This document shows, in pieces, positions 57,340 to 64,000 of a stretch of DNA of 64,000 nt (its first letter is position 1; each line of letters begins with the position of its first letter). A model generated the notes under the pieces. The model was given only the letters and a program-made list of their open reading frames with translations. It ran no database searches and was not told the origin of the DNA. The stretch lies in assembly GCF_009914755.1 (NCBI RefSeq), contig NC_060928.1; one strand, given 5' to 3'. The translations under genes and the position numbers were made by a program. This DNA comes from the human T2T-CHM13v2.0 reference genome, Homo sapiens.

Positions 57340-58323
57340 CTACCGGTTGTTCCTTTCCATGTTTAGTGCTTCCTTCAGGAGCTCTTTTAGGGCAGGCCTG
57401 GTGGTGACAAAATCTCTCAGCATTTGCTTGTCTGTAAAGTATTTTATTTCTCCTTCACTTATGAAGCTTAGTTTGGCTGGATATGAAATTCTGGGTTGAA
57501 AATTCTTTTCTTTAAGAATGTTGAATATTGGCCCCCACTCTCTTCTAGCTTGTAGAGTTTCTGCCGAGATATCTGCTGTTAGTCTGATGGGCTTCCCTTT
57601 GTGGGTAACCTGACCTTTCTCTCTGGTTGCCCTTAACATTTTTTCCTTCATTTTAACTTTGATGAATCTGACAATTATGGGTCTTGGAGTCGCTCTTCTC
57701 GAGGAGTATCTTTGTGGCGTTCTCTGTATTTCCTGAATCTGAATGTTGGCCTGCCTTGCTAGATTGGGGAAGTTCTCCTGGATAATATCCTGCAGAGTGT
57801 TTTCCAACTTGGTTCCATTCTCCCCGTCACTTTCAGGTACACCAATCAGACGTAGATTTGGTCTTTTCACATAGTCCCATATTTCTTGGAGGCTTTGCTC
57901 ATTTCTTTTTATTCTTTTTTCTCTAAACTTCCCTTCTCGCTTCATTTCATTCATTTCATCTTCCATAGCTGATACCCTTTCTTCCAGTTGATCGTATCGG
58001 CTCCTGAGGCTTCTGCATTCTTCACGTAGTTCTCGAGCCTTGGCTTTCAGCTCCAGCAGCTCCTTTAAGCACTTCTCTGTATTGGTTATTCTAGTTATAC
58101 ATTCGTGTAAATTTTTTTCAAAGTTTTTAACTTCTTTGCCTTTGGTTTGAATTTCCTCCTGTAGCTTGTAGTTTGATCGTCTGAAGCTGCCTTCTCTCAA
58201 CTCGTCAAAGTCATTCTCCATCCAGCTTTGTTCCATTGCTGGTGAGGAACTGTATTCCTTTGGAGGAGGAGAGGTGCTCTGCTTTTTAGAGTTTCCAGTT
58301 TTTCTGCTCTGTTTTTTCCACAT
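57340..58323 (-). CDS. L1 ORF1p, 327 aa, open except for a stop ~10 codons early
   Basis: MWKKQSRKTGNSK..., coiled coil, RPNLRLIGVPE, REKG, ARREW and YPAKLS motifs present; TAC>TAG after ERNNR. Confidence 0.9.
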   Translation of the reverse strand: MWKKQSRKTGNSKKQSTSPPPKEYSSSPAMEQSWMENDFDELREGSFRRSNYKLQEEIQTKGKEVKNFEKNLHECITRITNTEKCLKELLELKAKARELREECRSLRSRYDQLEERVSAMEDEMNEMKREGKFREKRIKRNEQSLQEIWDYVKRPNLRLIGVPESDGENGTKLENTLQDIIQENFPNLARQANIQIQEIQRTPQRYSSRRATPRPIIVRFIKVKMKEKMLRATREKGQVTHKGKPIRLTADISAETLQARREWGPIFNILKEKNFQPRISYPAKLSFISEGEIKYFTDKQMLRDFVTTRPALKELLKEALNMERNNR

Positions 58324-59292
58324 CTTTGTGGTTTTATCTACTTTTGGTCTTTGACGATGGTGATGTACAGATGGGTTTTTGGTGTGGATGTCCTTTCTGT
58401 TTGTTAGTTTTCCTTCTACCAGACAGGACGCTCAGCTGCAGTTCTGTTGGAGTTTGCCAGAGGTCCACTCCAGACAGTTTGCCTGGGTATCCGCAGCGGT
58501 GTTTGCAGAACAGCGGTTTTTCGTGAGCTGCGAATGCTGCTGTCTGATCATTCCTCTGGAAGTTTTGTCTCAGAGGAGTACAGGGCCGTGTGAAGTGTCA
58601 GTCTGCCCCTACTGGGGGGTGCCTCCCAGTTAGGCTGCTCAGGGGTCAGGGGTCAGGGACCCACTTGAGGAGGCAGTCTGCCTGTTCTCAGATCTCCAGC
58701 TGCGTGCTGGGAGAACCATTGCTCTCTTCAAAGCTCAGATGGAAATGCAGAAATCACCCGTCTTCTGTGTCGCTCACGCTGGGAGCTGTAGACCGGAACT
58801 GTTCCTATTCGGCCATCTTGGCTCCTCCCCCGAGACCAAAATATTTTCTAATATTTTGTTACTTTATATTTAACTACTGGTAATTTAAAATTATGTTGTT
58901 GAATATTTGGTGCTTTCCGGAGATCTTTATTTATTTTTACTCAATTTTATGTTGTTGAAAGAAAATAAAATATGCTATAATTTTCCATCTTTTAAATTTT
59001 TTACTTTTTAAGGAATCAGCATATAGTATCTTGGTGAATGTATGATGTCTGCTTGAAGTGACTATAAATTCCTCAACCATAGTTTGCAGTGTTCTGTAAC
59101 CATCAATAAGGTTTATGGGTTGATAGTGTTCTTTAATTCTTCCATGTCTTTACTGATTTTCTGTGTGTAGGTAGTTGTCATATAAATTGAAAATAGAAAT
59201 TAAAAATCTCTAACTATTTATATTAATTTTTTGGTTTCTCCTTACAGTGTCAATTTGGCTTCATATATGTTAAGTTCATTAGTTTTTTTATA

Positions 59293-59648
59293 TGTTTCAG
59301 TTAGATTGAGTTGTTATAGCAAAATGCCATGCACTGGGTGGCTTAAATAACAATCACTTAAATTCTCACAGTTTTGGATGATGGGAAGTCCAAAATCAAA
59401 CTGCTGGCTTGTGAGGCTGGTAAGGGCCCTCCTCCTGGTTTCCAAATGGCTACTCTCTTGTATTCTCCTGTGATAGAGATAGAGAGGGTTCTAGTCTTTT
59501 CCTTGCTTGTAAGGACACTAATCCTATCATGGGAACTCTACTCTCATGACCTTGTCTAAGCCTCCCCTACTTCCAAATACCATCACATTGAAAATTAAGG
59601 CTTCAACATTTTACTTTTGAGGGCAGACAAATATTCAGTTATTTAAAA
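59293..59648 (-). mobile_element. MLT1A-like MaLR solo LTR
   Basis: ctgggtggcttaaataacaa...gggaagtccaaaatcaa...taaggacactaatcc...ccaaataccatcacattg. Confidence 0.75.
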
Positions 59649-59687
59649 TATGCTTAATGTAATCATTATCTTTTGTTGATAAATTGA

Positions 59688-60025
<338 letters not shown>

Positions 60026-60449
60026 AAGTATCTCTATCCCTAATAATGCTCTATGTCTTTAAGTTTCCTTTGAGGTTGACAGGATCATTGCAGTTTTCTT
60101 ATGCTGTTTTAATGACATGACATTTTGTTATTTCAATTCCAACTTATCTAAATCTTTAAAGCACATCACCTGTTGTTGTGTCTTGTTTTTTCATCAATCC
60201 TGATGATCTCTCACTTTTAATATACATGTTTAATATAGACAATTAGATAATTACATGTAATATAACTACAGCTATGGCTGGGTTTAGGTTTGCCATTTTA
60301 CTATTTATTATTTGTTTGTTCCATCCTGTTTGTTCTCCTATTTCTAGTCTCCTAAATTCTTTTTTATTATTTAATATTGTTGCTAGACTCAGATTCTCAC
60401 TTATATAGTAGCTTTTTAAACAGTAAGACATAATTGATATGGAATAAAC

Positions 60450-62700
60450 TGAATGCATTAAAAGTATACAATTTGATAAGTTTTGATATCTGAATAGACT
60501 CCTATAATCAATCATTGCCATTGCTATAATAAACATGTGAATTAACTCCCCAGATTTTCTCATACCCCTTTGTAATTTTATCTGTATCTGCAAGCAACCA
60601 CTGATTTCTTTTATTTTGATGACCATAGATAAGGATTTTTCAGGAGCAGCATCTACTAAGTTTTGACTGGATGATATCTTGTGCATTATGTAGTATTCTG
60701 CCACACCTCTGGCCTCTAACTATCAGATGCAAGTATTATTTCTTTTATATCACAACCAAAAATATCCCTAGATATAGATAAATGGTGCATGAGGGACAAA
60801 ATTGTCCCTGGATGGCAATTACTACTATAAATTAGTTTCCAGTTTCTACATTTTTATGTAAATAGAGTTTTATAATGTGTACCTTTTTTTGGCTGGCTTC
60901 CTTCATTCACAAATTTATTAGCATAATTTTTATAAAAATACCTAAGTTTGTTTATTTATTACCAAGTAATAGTTATGTAGGGTATTTCCCGATTTTTGCT
61001 TTTACAAATAAGCCTGTTACAAACATCTATATACACTTTTTCTAAACAAACTTAAGCTTCAAATACTTTGGGCTAAAGACATGAGAATGGAGTAGCTGGG
61101 TCATATAGTTAGTGCAAGTTTAACTTTATAAGAAATGGTCAAACTGCTTTCCATTGTGGTTTTACCATTTAACATTTTAATCGGCAGTGTATGAGTTTCA
61201 GTGCTTTCATTTTTTCCAACATATTTTATGGTGAATCTTAAATGTTAGATAATCTACTAAATGTATAATGACATCTCATTGTTGTTCAATCTGCATTCTG
61301 TTAATTACATTGTGCATTTTTAAAGTGTTTATTTGTTATGTATTTTATTTGGTGACGTTCCTGTTCAAATATTTGCCCATTTTTTATTGGGTTGATTTTG
61401 ATTTTGTTTTTACTGAGCTTTGAGGTTTCTTTATATATTCTGTACACTGTTTCTTCATCAAATATGTGATTCGTAGTGATATTTTTCTAGTCTCTGATTT
61501 GTCTTTTTATTTACTTAACTGAGTCTTTTGCAGAATATTAGTTCTCAATGTTTTATGTCTGTAGTTTAGAAATAATTACCTAACAAAAGTTAGAAAATCT
61601 GTTACGTTTTATTTTACAAATTGTATTGTTTTAGATTATGTCCTTAAATTTGTGACCCATATTTGTGTGTGTGTGTCTGTGTGTGTCTGTGTTTGTGTGT
61701 GCATGCCCGTGCACATGTATTTCTGTACCATCTATTCTATTTCATTGATTTATTTGTTTATTGTCATGCTCAATGGCAGTAAGGCATTGGCCTTACTGTC
61801 CAGCTTTCTATAAAAAAATTATTACATATTACTTATATGTAATAAGTCTTTAAATAAGCTTGGGTACATTTTACAACTTTATTCTTTTATATTAAATTTG
61901 TTTTGTCTATTCTAAATATTTGCTTTTTTATAAAACTTCAGGATAAACTTTTCAAATTCAGAAAATGCCTGGCACCATTTCAATTGGGATTGTGTTGAAC
62001 CTATAGATCAATTTGCAGACAATTGACGTCCTAAAAATACCGAGTCTTCCAATCAATTAACATGGTGTATCTCTCCATTTACTTAGATATTTTTAAACTT
62101 CCCTCAAATAGTTGTGTTGATTTTAGAGTACATGTTTAACAGATATTTTGTCAGATTTGTATTTTGTATTTTGATCCAATTGGATATGGTATTTTGAATT
62201 TACTTTCCCTTTGATTTTGTAGCTTATATAAATATACCTTATGTTTGTTTCTTGATGTTGTATCTTACAAATTTGTTAATCTCATTAATTAGATCTAATA
62301 GAATTTTTGTTTATTCCCTGGATTGTCCACATTGATGATCATGTCATCCATGACAAAAACAATTCTTTCCGATCTGGATTTTGTGTGTGTGTGTGTGTGT
62401 GTGCATGATTTTCACATATAGAAACCCAAGTACAAGGTTAGAGAGAAGTGGTCAGAATGGAAATCTTTGCTTCGATCCTGATATTAAGAGGAAAATGTTG
62501 GAAAATATTAATTCTATCACCTTTAAGATAGCTTAATAAATAGTGATAGCTATAGGTTTTACTTAGAATACGTTTATCATTTAGAGAACGTTTCCTTTTG
62601 TTTCTTGTTTGCTGACAGTTTTTATCAGCAATAAATGTTGCATTTTTAAAATGCTTTTAAAAAATCTATTCATATAATTATATGCATATTCTCTTTTGGT
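60450..62700 (-). mobile_element. Old L1MC/MD-like element (3'UTR and ORF2 3' part), interrupted by MER20
   Basis: aagtatacaatttgataagttttga...gcaaccactgat...gctgggtcatatag...gggattgtgttgaacctatagatcaattt. Confidence 0.7.
60631..60824. mobile_element. MER20 hAT DNA transposon
   Basis: ctggcctcta.c..cagatgc.agta...acaaccaaaaat.tc.c.aga core. Degenerate 8-bp TSD ccatagat/ctataaat. Confidence 0.7.
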
Positions 62701-62752
62701 CTTCTATTATGGTAAATTTTTTTGTGAATTTAAAAGATAAACAATATTATAC

Positions 62753-62795
<43 letters not shown>
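62753..62795. repeat. (TG)n(TA)n microsatellite
   Basis: Read directly; another (TG)n lies at ~62381-62403. Confidence 0.9.
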
Positions 62796-62796
<1 letters not shown>

Positions 62797-63039
62797 CTAA
62801 ATGATTTTCAGAAAAAAGGAAGATTTTACCAAATACAAGATGGATTGTGATTCTTTATTTAAAAAACATGAATGTGTTATTGCATAGACTTTAATGTACT
62901 AAGTGTGTTGGATATTTATTGATGTGTAACAATCTACACTTAGGCACATGAAAACATTTCCTTATTGTTATCATCTATCATAGTTAGAAGAGTAACGGGT
63001 CTCAACTAATCAGTCATTGCTCAGTTTTTCATTCATACA

Positions 63040-63410
63040 GGAGCTGGGGCCAGAGTCATCTAGAAAATTTCTCACACACAGCTGGTGCCTATGTTAGAAA
63101 GACTCAGTTGGGATTAGCTTAGGCTGCAGGGCATTTTCCTCCACAAGGCCTCGTCAGCCTTGCAGCCTCAGTGTAGCTGAACTTCTTACATGGTGACTGG
63201 AGGCTCCCAAAGCTTATATCCAAGACAAACCAGCAGAAACTGTATACATATTCTAACCTAGCCTTAGAAATCATGCAGCAGGATTTTCACTATATTCTGA
63301 TCATTGAAGAAGTCACAAAGGCCTGTCTAGTTTAAAAACAGGAGGGCATTGACTCTAATTCTTCATGAGAGGCTTAACAAAGTATTTGTACATGTGTTTT
63401 AAACCTACAG
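63040..63410 (-). mobile_element. Old MLT1H-like MaLR LTR
   Basis: gaacttcttacatggtgactggaggctcc...ttctaacctagccttagaaatca...agtcacaaaggcc. Confidence 0.6.
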
Positions 63411-64000
63411 AACAAATGATAGGCTATACTTTTATTTAAAATATAAATTTATAAAACTATTTATTTAAAGTAAAAATATAACTTATTTCAATCCTGGCCT
63501 TATGAGTTTGCCCTGAAGGTTTTGCACTTCTACGTCTTCAGTATATTTGATTATCTCACTTAGAGGATTCAACAACTTTTCTGTACCTGAGCTAGAAAAA
63601 TTGTATCAAGAAAGCCCATTTGAATTCTCGTGTGTAGAACCATAATCTACAGAATTTGTAAGCAATCAAATGCATACACAAATAGATAAAAAGCCTAATC
63701 CTTTTCTGCCTTTCATTCCTGCACTACTCATTCACCGGGCAATAAAATGCACCATAATTTTGCACAAATTGAGAGACCTTTGGAAAAATATATTGTGACG
63801 TTACAGTATTCCGTGGTGTACTATTCCAGGTTTTTTTCACATTTCACATGATGGAAAATAATAATTTTAAAGTCATTATCTCTTTCCAGAGTAATAGTTT
63901 GGAGGAACAGGTGGATGTCATCTCAGTCTCAGTCTGGAGCTCATTTCAATAAACTCAGATTGGCTGATTTTTTTTTAAGACATGACTATTAGTTGTCTCA

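Noticed and set aside
60243-60704. 153-aa ORF
   Set aside because: Chance frame across MER20, an L1 3'UTR and a decayed L1 ORF2 start; no coherent domain.
63878-63920. Possible micro-exon (tctctttccag|agtaat...acag|gtggat)
   Set aside because: Weak donor and no supporting ORF or neighbouring exon; such motifs are frequent by chance.

Overview
This is primate genomic DNA, most likely human given a young SVA_F-like insertion. It is AT-rich and dominated by transposable elements. I see no host protein-coding exon, RNA gene or CRISPR array, and nearly all ORFs in the track are L1 fragments or chance frames in repeats. Main contents: a full THE1C provirus, two old long L1MA elements, a 5'-truncated SVA, an LTR12C solo LTR, a deleted MLT2D/ERVL provirus, an L1PA15/16, and a full-length L1PA3/4, plus many MaLR/ERVL LTRs, Alus, MIR, L2 and MER20. 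The most notable signal is the L1PA3/4, whose 5'UTR is precisely spliced (SpIRE97/622-type). It has a nearly intact ORF1, retains the ZNF93-site segment, and lacks a target-site duplication. Other points: a short 3' transduction tag on the SVA, a ~50-bp deletion shared by both THE1C LTRs, a ~76-bp micro-inversion in an MLT2D LTR, a young 41-bp x4 minisatellite, and a strong minus-strand TE bias that hints at an enclosing plus-strand intron. I found no convincing new biological system. Subfamily names come from recalled consensus sequences and need RepeatMasker/Dfam confirmation.
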